Assembly (NCBI GenBank): GCA_965228855.1
Contig: CBDDIJ010000004.1
Span: forward strand, 32,001-96,000
Direction: 5' to 3'
DNA length: 64,000 nucleotides
Source: Candidatus Obscuribacterales bacterium
GTDB taxonomy: Bacteria; Cyanobacteriota; Vampirovibrionia; Obscuribacterales; Obscuribacteraceae
This document shows, in pieces, positions 12,023-23,028 of this stretch. The stretch's first letter is position 1. Every line of letters starts with the position of its first letter. Both the position numbers and the translations under genes were made by a program. The notes under the pieces are model-generated. The model made no database searches. It worked only from the letters and a program-made list of their open reading frames with translations, and was not told the origin of the DNA.

Positions 12023-12377
12023 TTAATTTTCTTGTTTTGTATTCAAAACAGCTACCTTCTTCTTTGTAAGTGTAGTCTTCTCTTTCTTCGTGACATGGAG
12101 TAAGGTCTGTGATGACTCGACAATTTTATTAAAAGCTCCTTCGGATTCAGCAATCGCTTTATCGTATTCTTCTAAAGCAGAGTATTTTTTGGATAGAGAA
12201 TCCATAGTACTGCGTAATTCGTTGCTGAGGGCTTCGATGTTCTTCTCAACTTCGCTATTTCTCAGTCTCTTCCTTTACAACTTGGTTATGGATCTCTTCT
12301 CTGCTCTTTTCGAGGCTTTCGATGATCTTTACAAGCTCGGTAATGTACTTTTGGACTGAAGCTCCGTGGGATGCCAT
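12023..12377 (-). CDS. SSNA1: SSNA1/DIP13/NA14 centriolar microtubule coiled-coil protein (117 aa, made via a +1 frameshift)
   Basis: MASHGASVQKYITELVKIIESLEKSREEIHNQVVKEETEK (AAA-TAG at 12260-12255) continues in the +1 frame as SEVEKNIE...YDKAIAESEGAFNKIVESSQTLLHV. Both halves match the SSNA1 pattern GAALQNYNNELVKCIEEL...[23 protein letters not shown]. Confidence 0.92.
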
Positions 12378-12461
12378 ATGATTCAAATTATTTAAATTTT
12401 CTATTTTTATAACAATTTTGGATTGCAGGTATCTGTTTGTTTTATGACTGAATTGAACAAA

Positions 12462-15400
12462 TTAGTATAAGATTTTAAATGTCGCGAGCTCGAATGGCTC
12501 TAAGGTAATTGTCTCCTTAGATCTTAGCTTCTCACTAACTTTATAGGCTCTTTCGCTTTCCTGATCTGGCAATTTAGACTCAAGAGTTTTTATCTTGGAT
12601 TTTATGAGATTGAGCGGATTCATCAGCACATCAGTTTCGTACTCTGTTTTCATATAAGAAAAGTACTTGTTTTTATCTAAAATTCCATTGAGAAGGTACT
12701 TTGTGCTGGAGTCAAGCTTAGTCGACTTGTTCATAAACGGAGCCACTGGAATTCGGATACTTGAGTTAGACCTATTTCTTAGCTTTATAAATGCATCTCC
12801 GTTTTGTTTTGTCTCAAGGCCGACAAATTCGATTTGGTCAAAGAACGAATCTGATTCAATAAAGCTTATGACTGTATTAAAGGACTTTATAAACTCACTG
12901 ATTGTCTGATTTTCATATTTAATTTTGCTTAATTTAATTTGCGAGTTGATTAAATTAGAAGCATTTCTAAAATCTCCAATAAACTTGCTGCTGTTGGACA
13001 ACCCGATTGCAACATGAAGAGTTGAGATATTTGAATCTCTTAGAACATTATTCGTGAATTTATCATCTTGATTGCCAATGGATCGCTGGATTATGAATTC
13101 GAATTCTGTTCCTAAATTTTGACAACTTGTAGTGTGACTGTTCACGGTCCAAAATATTTTTTTATTATTTTGCTTGGCTACTCCTTCAACTGCTGGATAT
13201 GTATTTAGTCCAAAAATAGAGCTGCTTTCTGAGCTTTGGTTTGATGATTCTATCAGTTTATTTGAAACTGCTTCTGAAAGACTTATGTAATCTCTTTGAG
13301 TGTAGAACATCGAATCACTTACATAAAACTGAGAGTCTTTTGTAAGAACATCAAATCGGAGAGCTATTTCTTTGAAGTTATTTAGTTTTGTTTTAACTGT
13401 TGTTACAGGAAACTTTGAATGCTTTGTTAATGTTACAAAAATCTCGATTAAATCACTCTCATTTGAAGTGGAGTGATTGTTAATTGCTCCAATAAAATGG
13501 ACTTGAGATACAAGACCTCCTTTGAATTTGGTCGCAGAGATAATACTTATATTTGAATGGGTTGCCTCTTTTGCAGGCTGGAATGTATAATATCCTGAGT
13601 GAGTTCCTTCTGTAGGATACTCGAATATTTTTATTGCTAACTCAACTGAATCACCTTCAGAATTTAAATATGTAATAACTTTCGGTAAAAAGAGATTATT
13701 AAGTTCAACTGAGATTAAATTATTACTTAATATTTTATCAGTGCTTTCCTTCAAGTCAGTTTCGATGGAAGGAACAGAACAATAAGTTTTATATTTGTTT
13801 GTTCAATCATTTAGATCAAAGATGTGTCTAATAAAGTAAACTTTTGTCTCTAGTGGCTTTAAATCTATTTCAAAATATAAATACTTCTTCGAATGATCTT
13901 TATTAATTCCAATATTGCTTGAATCAAAATTAAAGAAAGAGCAATTTGTAATTTGAGATTCAACAGAATTCAAATTTTCATTAAAAACTGCAACTTGAAG
14001 TGCATCAATTGTAATATTAACAATCTCCTTTCGCTCTTGCAAAGAAGGGTTAAATATCGAGACAGGATATAAGTCACTAGAAATATTTCCGTTTAAAAAG
14101 TACATCACTTCTTCTTTATCATTATCGTTGATTTCTTGCATTGTTTTATTTTTAAAATTAAAAGTTGCAGAATCTAAAGTTTTAATTGAGATCATCCGAT
14201 CAATTTCAGATGATACATCCGAAATTGTTTTATTGAGGTCTGAATCGTAAACTTTGTCTGTATAGACTCCTGTTATTGTATTATGGTTTAACATAGTTGA
14301 TGTACTCTGTTTTAAATAAGTTAACTTATTAAAATCTTTACTATTTGGTTTACGAGGTCTTCCAAAATTAATCCCATCTAAATGATTAATTAGAAAAATG
14401 GAGGAATATGCTCTCATTTTATTAAATAAATTTCTTATTTGCTGCTTAAATACAGGATGAGTGGTATAAAACCCTGACCAAAAGTCAGTATATTGTTTAC
14501 TATTATTGCTATTAGGATCTTTGATAAATTTATCATCATATGGAATAAAATCTCCGTTAAAGTAAGAAAACTTTCTATTTTCTGATTTAAAATCATTGTT
14601 TATTTGCTCAAAGTATTCGTCAATAGTAGAAAATTTATAAGATATATACTTGTATTGAGTCCAATCTCTCACGAGTCTTTGAATTTCTGTCATATAATTA
14701 TCAATGCAGTAGAATGTAGTTTCTGCATCGATAAAAGATCCATCTCCTCCAAAAATGATAGCAATATCATCAGTAAAGTCATATGTATTAATATGTGGTT
14801 GAATAACCTCTTCAAAGAATCTTCTCGAGTTCTTGATGTCTATCAAAGGATCTCTTCAGTTAATTGTTTTGCTATCAGCAAAGTTAAACGGTTCCTTAAT
14901 TTGAGGATTTTTTATTGTTGAATGCACAAATATTCTTTGGTTTGATGATGAGCCGCCAGAATTATGTCCTTCCCAGACAAAATTTAAATTCTGGTATTTT
15001 GCTAAATCTAATTTTTCTGCAGATCCAATACGTGACGTCACTAAAGAATCTATTCCTAAAAGAGAGAAAAGTGTAGGAGTTGCTGCGGTTTCACCATATG
15101 TATCAGTTTGCCATCCGATTTTTGGAATAATTTCAAAGTTTTCATATAAAAAATCCTGTCCAGTCACCATTTGATCTATGATACTTTGATATTCCGGAAT
15201 TGCTTCATCATATGTAGTCCACCCTCCATTAGTGAAATAAAATCTCTGCTCATTAATTAACCGTTCTGCTTGCTGTTTTCTTTGAGAAGAAGCTTGCTTA
15301 TACCACCGTGCAAAGTAATAAGTTTCAGTCCAAGTAAATCGATACCTGACATCTTCATCCAAAGAGTCAAGGACAGATTCGATCATAAATTTAGCGCGTT

Positions 15401-15566
15401 CATTGAAAATCTGGTCTTTAGTTCTAGCCAGCTCTGAATCCAAATAGCTGTAGGGGATGATGTAAATATTAAGGTTGTACTTCCAGCCAACTTCAAAAAT
15501 AAACCTGCTGATCAGCGAAACAATTCCAACAATAAGGATTAGCGTCAAGAACCATTTTCATTTCAT
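12462..15566 (-). CDS. GH38 (class II) alpha-mannosidase-like membrane-anchored protein, 1034 aa with UGA = Cys
   Basis: ORFs 14856-15548, 13803-14846 and 12462-13754 are in one frame and separated only by TGA codons; ATG at 15566. Motifs RFTWTE..YF.RW, GGW...DEA, GWQTDTYG, FWSGFYTT.P.FK and a C-terminal ITLEPFELATF; hydrophobic N-terminal anchor. Confidence 0.88.
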
Positions 15567-15638
15567 TTTTTCAAATTTTTATCAAATAATTGAAAAAATT
15601 ACTGTCAATTATTAAAGCCGATTTAAACATAATTAAAT

Positions 15639-17464
15639 ATGTCAAGCAAAAATAAAATTGGAAGGGATGAAGATGATCACAGCAAAGACAGCGACAGGAA
15701 CGATGATGACAGACGGAAAGAAAGCAGACATAAAAGGTAAGCTTTGTTCTTCTGGTTTTCTGTTATCATCCTATTCCAATTCCTTATCTTATAGCTCAAA
15801 GCATAAAGACGAAAAGGAAAGAAAACATAAGAAAAAGAAGAAAAGTGATCATAAAAAAGAGAAAAAGACGAAGAGAAGCTCTAGTAGAGATGGCCACAAC
15901 AAATCAAAGAAGCATAAGAGCAAGAAACGACATAGAAGGAAACGCTCTGATAGGTCGAGCTCAAGATCGAGAAGATCAAGTGAAGATTCGCGTTCTCAAT
16001 CTAGCTCTGATTTAAATTCTTCGAGCAAAGACTCGACTAAAAAGCGGGACAAGAAAAATGAAAACAAAGATAAAGTTATACAAATAACTCTTTCTGCTGC
16101 TAATCTCCCACCAGTTCCAAATCTATCAACTCAATTTGGAGATTTTGATAGTAAAGATTTAAAAGTTAACCTCAAGGACTTTGTTAGTTACAAAAAGAAA
16201 GTGATAATTTCAAATCTGCCTCTGAATGCTTCTGAAGATGAAATTTTAACTTTCCTTAATACTTACATCAGTACATTTAGAGCTTTAACCATAAAAGAAG
16301 GAGGCCAAGGTGCAGATGACGAGGAAAGGAGAGAAAAGACAAAAAATGACTCAAATGTCATTGATAATATTGAAATTAGAAACGGTATATACAGGTATGG
16401 AGTCATACTCATTGAAGACAAAGACGATATTGAACATTGAGTCAGTATTGATGGAACTGAATGGAAAGGGCAAAAAATTCGAGTTCGCAGGACTAAAAAA
16501 TTCATAGAAGAATACAATAAAGAAATAGATAAAAGATTGGGTCTTAATGCCCAAAATCCAATGGCGATGGGTATTCCAGGAATTCCTGGATCAGGAGAAG
16601 CTGAATCAGAAAATAAGATTTATATGGGAGGAATTCCCACTTCAATGAACTCTGAAGATGTTCGTAAAATATGTGCTGCATTTGGCCCACTAAAATCTTT
16701 TAATTTGGTGGTTGATCAACAAAACAAAATTATGAATAGAGGATTTGCATTCTTTGAGTATTCTAATGATAAAGATGCTGAAAAAGCTATTAAAGGCTTA
16801 GATGGTTTTGAAATTATGGGAAAGAAATTAAAAATACAAAAAGCGTCTCTTGGAGCAAAACCTCCAGCTGTTCAAAAGGCATCTGCAACTGTTGGATTCA
16901 AAAATTATATTGAACCATCGCAAAGAGTTAAAATTCCATTATATGCTTTAACTCCAAGTAGAGTTGTGCAATTTTTGAATATGATAACTCCCGAGGATTT
17001 ATTAGATGATTTCATTAAAAAGGAAATTTTTAAAGACATTGTGAATATTTGTAAGTTCTCGATTACTTTTATATTTAATTATAATATCAATAAATTTTAA
17101 TTTAGGATCACTAGAACTATCCAAAGATGTAGTCGATATCAAAGCTCCGTCTCCAGATGAGAAAACTGGATATTGAACTAAGGGAGTAGGAAAAATATTT
17201 GTAAAATTTAATCACATAGTTGCTGCTAAGCAAGCAAGATTTCATCTTAGCGGTCGCAAATACAGTAGTTTAAAAATAATTTAAAATACATTAGTGTATC
17301 TATATTAAAACCTAAAAATAGTACGCTATTAAGGGAGAATTTAACATTTAAATATTTGAGAATGAAACATATTGGACTAGCTGTATAATGGAAGAACAAT
17401 TATTGGATGATTCTATCCAGAGCATTATTTCGATACAAATGAATTCGACATCTCTGCAGATTAA
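15639..17464 (+). CDS. U2AF2: Splicing factor U2AF large subunit (RS domain, two RRMs, UHM)
   Basis: RS/K-rich N-terminus, KIYMGGIP, FGPLKSFNLVVD..NRGFAFFEY, FLNMITPEDL and GVGKIFVKF. Introns 15737-15794 and 17051-17105; in-frame TGA at 16438, 17174, 17408 and one split by the second intron; IES at 17261-17385. Confidence 0.93.
17261..17385. mobile_element. TA-bounded internal eliminated sequence (IES) in U2AF2
   Basis: Ends TACAGTAGT...ACTAGCTGTA form an inverted repeat flanked by TA. Removing it and leaving one TA restores GRK-Y-NGRTII; the interior has in-frame TAA. Confidence 0.82.
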
Positions 17465-17804
17465 TTCTTTAATACTCATCAATATGACAATTCCACTTTC
17501 AATATCAATGTGTATATTTGTGATTCACGAATTATAATCTTAAAAACTAAAAAAAGAGAAATTCAGTTTAATATACTATTATATTTTTAACTAATAAATT
17601 TTTGTATAATATTATTTTTATAGTGCAAATAAAACTTTTTCCTAAAAAATATATAAATAAAATCAAAAAAAAATTACATTAATTTTAATTGCTTGTGTAA
17701 TTAATTAAATTTATTAATTTAAAATTAATTCAGCAAATTAATATCCCAACTGCAACTTTTGAAATTGAGATCTTAGATGTAAGCTGATTTAAAGCAACTA
17801 AGAT

Positions 17805-18844
17805 TTATGATTTAGTACTTGATTGAGCGTTGATGTTGATCATTGTATTTTTGAGTCCAACTAACAGCTGACTGTCTTTGTTTTTAATAATATTCATCAA
17901 AGAAATGTAATCAAGTAATCCATCGTTTGGAGTTAATCCAAGAATGGTTGAAGCATCAGTATATGATAACTTTTCCGAGGTGATTGTATTATTGATTACC
18001 TGAGATTGCGCTTCATTTAAAATTCTAATTGCACTTGCATCAGCAGTTGCAAAAATGATCTGTATTTGCTTATCTGCTTCAGAAATATCGACATTAATGC
18101 TTTCGCGGATAGTCGTAGCACTTTGCTCATACTTTTTGGTTTCTCTCTTTTGGACTTCGACTTGAGTCGAGACAATGGAGTCTTCGTAGGAATTAGGAAG
18201 ATCTATTTCGATCATTTGGAAAGCTACAAGTGAGGCATAAGTATTGGATAAAGTTGCGTTGAGCCTTTTAGCAATTGAATTTCCAATTTCGCTTCTCTTT
18301 CCCCAGTATTCTGGAGCATTGTAGAGACTAGCCTCTTCCAAAATAATGTTTTTGGCTTGCTTCTTAAAAGTTTCATGATATCTAACATTCGTCAGCTTGT
18401 AAAGTTTAGGAATATCATTCTTATAAAGTTTGTACTGGAATGAAACATGGAGAGTCAACCCTAGTCCTTCTTTTGTTCTTGTTTGTAGAGGAGCTTCATC
18501 TCTAGTTTGTCTGTCAGAGAATTCAGTGTGGATCATAGTTGCAGGGAACTTACAAATAGCAAAAAAAAATTAATACAAAACTATCCTTGATATTTGATTA
18601 AAGCTTAAAACTTAATATCATTAAAATTTGAAACTCAAACGTTCAGTTTTTTTGCTGTAACAAAGTGATTAACCGGGCCGACAAAATAAAGCCCTCCTTC
18701 GTATACTTCATCTCCTGTAGATTTTGAAATGATGTTATACGTCATTCCATATTCAGTTGGTTCAACTGAGTCCCACATGAATGAGAACCCGATGACTAAT
18801 ACAAGTGCAACAACACCTGCTCCAATAAGGATTGCCTTCTCCAT
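17805..18844 (-). CDS. SPFH/Band-7 (prohibitin/flotillin-like) membrane protein interrupted by an IES
   Basis: N-terminal TM segment, VEPTEYG...GLYFVGP, RTKEGL.L.L.VSFQY.L and a C-terminal coiled coil. The two ORFs join in frame as NHFVKFPATMIHTEFS once 18551-18659 is excised. Confidence 0.85.
18551..18659. mobile_element. TA-bounded IES in the SPFH gene
   Basis: Ends are TACAAATAGCAAAAAAAAA and TTTTTTTGCTGTA (reverse complement TACAGCAAAAAAA). Removing 107 bp gives GTT-AAG-TTC-CCT in frame. Confidence 0.72.
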
Positions 18845-18930
18845 TGTTTAAAAGATCTATTATAAACTAGATATAATTTATTTCTATTTTGCGAGAAAAC
18901 TCATCCTCTCGATACTAATAAAATATTGAA

Positions 18931-20245
18931 ATGAAAAATAGCAAAAGGGACTCAGAGAGCGCTGAAATTAGAAAGTAAGTAGGCAATCCGCTGATATCAG
19001 CTTATCTATTCTGTTAATTTACAAAATAAACTCGACTCGCTATAAAATTCACAAATTTCTGAATTGTACAAAGAGCAAACTGAGTTCTGCTCAATAAATA
19101 CTAAATCTTATTGTTGATTCATGAAGTTTTGTTGCACTTAATAAAAATGAATATTTTAATTAATCAAAACACTTCTAATATTCAAATTGAATTAGTCGTG
19201 TCGATCAGGATGTGATATTTTAGTTTGGCTATGCATATTTATTAAAGTTAAAATCATGATTTTTACTATAAATCATTTAGAAATCAGTATGGAAGAGGCA
19301 GGAATAGCAAGAGAATAGGACTGTAAGAATACTTCTATTGCAAATACTCCACTTTAAAAATAGATACAAATCAATGTTATATAAAATCATGAATCACTTA
19401 ATTCATATAATAGATCCCAATATGACTTTAAGACTATTCCAGATCAACTAACCGGAAATAAAACAAAGAATTATGAATGCAGGAGCTTAGGAAATATGTC
19501 AACGTCAAACTCAAGAAGTAAAAGGATGTCTAATCAGCAAGAAGGAGTGCTCTGCACCACGTTCAGTAATAAAAATTGCATGAATTTTAATGAGACAGAG
19601 ATAACCAACAATACAGCTCCTGCCAATTTTTGGAATAAAGTACTTCAGTATGTTCAAGGGAGAAATAAAGATAGCAACTTATTTGAAAAATATGTGGAGA
19701 TGAAGAAGGCAAAGAGAGAAATTGAAGTGAAATTTAGCTCAGATCTTAAAGCCTGCGAAACTGTGCTAAACTCAAGAGAACTATTTTCCAAGTACATATT
19801 TGATTCATATTTATTGCCTGAAATCAAATCCAAAGGCGCGATGTTTAAAGAGGATGATAAATACAAAATGTATATGAACTTTATCAATGATGAGCAGTTT
19901 TATATTAAAATCAAAAACAATTACTTACTTAAAGAGGTGAGGAGGGATTCATAATCTTTAGATTGAAAAATTTAAGCATAAAAAGTTAAAGTATGCACAA
20001 AATACAAACATAAAGAGAGGTAAAGATGGACTTCTTAATTAGTTTAGCTAATTCAAAAGTATCTAATAAATAAGCGATTCATCGAGTTCTGCAAGATGGC
20101 TCTTATGAACAAAGGAGTTGTACTGCAAAATATTAAAGACTTTAAGTACATTCCAAGGAGACTTATGAAACCAAATGTAAATAGCTTATCTGGTGAGTTT
20201 TTGGAAGCATGAAGTTGACTTCTCGTTTATCAAATTAAGATTTAA
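18931..20245 (+). CDS. Hypothetical multi-exon protein with an AAA-TAA +1 frameshift
   Basis: Exons 18931-18974, 19281-19322, 19414-19936, 19962-20019 and 20048 onward, with phase-matched GT-AG introns (two of 25 and 28 nt). AAA-TAA at 20068-20073 is followed by an open +1 frame. The 3' end is uncertain. Confidence 0.55.
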
Positions 20246-20452
20246 ATAAAATTACCAAATAGTCATTATATCTTCTTTATATGGGCTTGAAATATATCCT
20301 CATTTAAAAAAGTATGATTACTAAAAATTTACTATGAAATATAAACATCAATAGAACAGGACTCATCAAAATATTTATTGTTAATCAATTAAATTAAAAT
20401 GAACCAAAATCAATTTTATCTTATTGATAAGAAGGAGTGTTAATAACTGATT

Positions 20453-20927
20453 AAATAAATAAAAATATTCGATAATTTATGATCTGTTAATTATTAACGA
20501 GGTCGTGTTTGCAAAGGTGGTGCTTTCTTTTCAAAACTGTCAACATTTGCCGGAATGTGGGTAACAGAACAGATTATTAATGATCTTCAGCCAGTCTGGA
20601 CCGAGCCAGTTTGAGTTGTCGAAGAAGTCAAAGAGAGCAAAATTAAAATCATTGTTTTGCTATTTTGAAACTATAATTTATAATTTTCATTGAAAATCCA
20701 AAGCTAAGCTTCAAAATAGCAAAACAATGATTTTAATTTTGCTCTCTTTGACTTCTTCGACAACTCAAACTGGCTCGGTCCAGACTGGCTGAAGATCATT
20801 AATAATCTGTTCTGTTACCCACATTCCGGCAAATGTTGACAGTTTTGAAAAGAAAGCACCACCTTTGCAAACACGACCTCGTTAATAATTAACGGATCAT
20901 AAATTAAAAGAATATTTTTATTTATTT
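20453..20927. repeat. Near-perfect palindrome with ~217-bp arms and a ~40-bp spacer
   Basis: 20453-20669 is the reverse complement of 20710-20927, with very few differences. Confidence 0.95.
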
Positions 20928-20960
20928 CAATTTTTTCATATCCTCGTGGGGTTTTGGGTT
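20926..20960. other. Telomere-addition site: TTCAA (E-Cbs core), 17 bp, then GGGGTTTTGGGTT
   Basis: TTCAA at 20926-20930, exactly 17 nt, then a G4T4-like run from 20948. The minus strand reads aaTTGAAata, fitting the Euplotes crassus E-Cbs consensus HATTGAAaHH. Confidence 0.85.
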
Positions 20961-21374
20961 TAATAACTGATTAAATAATAAAAATTTGGCGATAATTTTT
21001 ATTTTTTACTATTTCAATAAATGCTTTTTTAGAATTAATCAGCTAGTTTTTAAAATAACAAATTATGAATATATTTGAATAAGAAATCCAGAATAACTAA
21101 AATATTTTAATTTTTGCTTTAATAACATCTAGTTTTATTTCGAACAAGAAATAACATATTAAAAAATTTAACATTTTTACTATGGCTTTATTTAAAGACT
21201 AGCTTATGCTAGTAATTTTTGAAAAACAAATAATCTTATTTAAGATTTTAATCAAATGGCTTTAAATTTGCAAATTTGAGCCTTTCATTAATTTTACAAC
21301 TATAAATAAGATTTAATGTTTGACATTTTAAAAGTAGAAATAATATTTAATTAAAATTTTAACAATTTTTTTAG

Positions 21375-22925
21375 AATGCGGAAGTCCTTTAATTAGCAAA
21401 AGAGCAATATTTACTCCAACCAGAGATCTCAAACAGAGTTTTGAATGTGATATAAGCAACAATAGATTCATCGAAGATTGTGAAAACCCTCAAAACAACA
21501 GTAAAAAATATTTATTTAAATAAAAGTGATGAACTTTACCTATTCAAACAACATTTCTAAGGAAATTGTTTAGATCTAATAAAAGAAGTTTACAAGAAGT
21601 GGACAAATTATGGAGACTTCCAGCCAATGACTCCAGAAATTGGAGAAAGTAAAACTCCATTAATCAGTCGAAGCAAAGTCACAAACATCAACTATCAATT
21701 TGTATGATAGATATAAAGCTTTTTACATTACTTTCAATATTTTCCTCACAACATTAAATTTTAATTTATTTAGTTGTTCATGTAAAAATGCATCAAGTTA
21801 GTAAATACAATTCTAACTTCATCCTTCCACATTTTCTATCTAATATAAAATAGTCATAAAGCTAATAACAGCGGTTTTAGTAATACAAATATATAGAATT
21901 CAGAGAAAGTTCAATCATCTGGAGGAAGCAAGTACGAGAATATATGAATGTCGAACCACAATCACATGAGGACGCCAAATATCGACTCGTAAGTAAAACA
22001 ATTAACCAATCTGGCTAAGCATTTTCATCCCAAGGGTTGCAACATATAAAGTTTGTATCAACCGTAACTTCTCTACTTTTCTTTAAGTTTCGATCTGTGT
22101 TGTCATATTCATAGAAGAATACTCTTAAAATAAAATGCATTTTTACTTAAGAAACCAAATCAATTCCAAATAAATTTGACAATTGGCTGATTCAAAACTT
22201 CCTCTGGATTACATCAGCAACAATTATGAGCGCACTTACAACTTATCATTATGGAATAATATTTCTTGATTTTAAATTGCATTTTTAGAAACAACGAAAT
22301 ATCTGAGAAAGACTCGAATTCCGAATCTGAAAGTACTGATAAATCAACCGAAAATAAAGCAAAAAAGCTCACCTCTACTTTCCAAAGGAACAAAATTGTA
22401 TGCTTTTTGCTTAGAAAATTTTTTTTCAACTGACTTTTATAGGGAAACAATAGACATTTTAAGAGTGGGTCGAATAAATTTAAAATTCATCACATTTCAA
22501 AACCAGACCGACAATCTACAATTAGAAAACTGATAAAGCAAGGGACGTTGAGGATCATTCCTGAACGAATAAAGGATATTTTCACGAATTCTGCGTGAAA
22601 GAATGGTGTTATTAGTCCAACAAAGACGAAAAATAAGTACGTGATATAACTTCTCAAGTTTGTTCAGCATTACTAACAATGCATTTTTACTTGAACAGTT
22701 TAACCATGAAAATAGATGAATGAGTTCTGACATAATTGTAAAAGATATCAAATAGCTTATGTAAGTATTCCATTACTCGCTAATTGTAGTTTTTCTTTCA
22801 TTCAATACAATGCCATGATTTCTTTAGCAAAATATCGAACAAATAATATAAAATCACCTTCGTTTAAAAAGAGAAGACAATGAGTTCAAAATTCATGGAT
22901 TGATGAGAAAAAACAAATAGAATAA
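21375..22925 (+). CDS. Hypothetical multi-exon ciliate protein (start not resolved)
   Basis: Coding-like exons bounded by AG/GT (e.g. 21375-21500, 21574-21701, 22443-22636), in-frame TGA codons, and AAA-TAG at 22750-22755 whose +1 frame matches the phase of the next exon. Confidence 0.45.
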
Positions 22926-23001
22926 GATTTATAAAAAATCAGATAAATTTAAAGCTATTTTGATACAAAAAAGTGCACAACAATATATAAAATTAATTAC
23001 T

Positions 23002-23028
23002 TTCAACTTGTTTTATATCATAAGGGGG
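23002..23028. other. Ciliate-bacterial junction at a telomere-addition position (TTCAA, 17 bp, GGGGG)
   Basis: TTCAA at 23002-23006, 17 nt, then GGGGG at 23024-23028, followed at once by GC-rich trbJ sequence. Confidence 0.8.

Noticed and set aside
12462..17100. Split GH38 and U2AF ORFs as pseudogenes or separate genes
   Set aside because: The breaks are in-frame TGA (Cys), introns or an IES, and the reconstructed proteins are full length.
7013..17464. In-frame TGA as selenocysteine
   Set aside because: The TGA codons are many, lie in non-redox proteins and align with Cys where testable; no SECIS was recognised.
19456..19461. AAA-TAA as a frameshift site
   Set aside because: It is out of frame; the coding frame reads GGA-AAT-AAA straight through.
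1..23023. Tec transposon, rRNA, tRNA or telomerase RNA genes
   Set aside because: No transposase or recombinase ORF, long Tec-type repeats, cloverleaf or CAAAACCCCAAAA template was recognised by eye; a covariance search was not possible.
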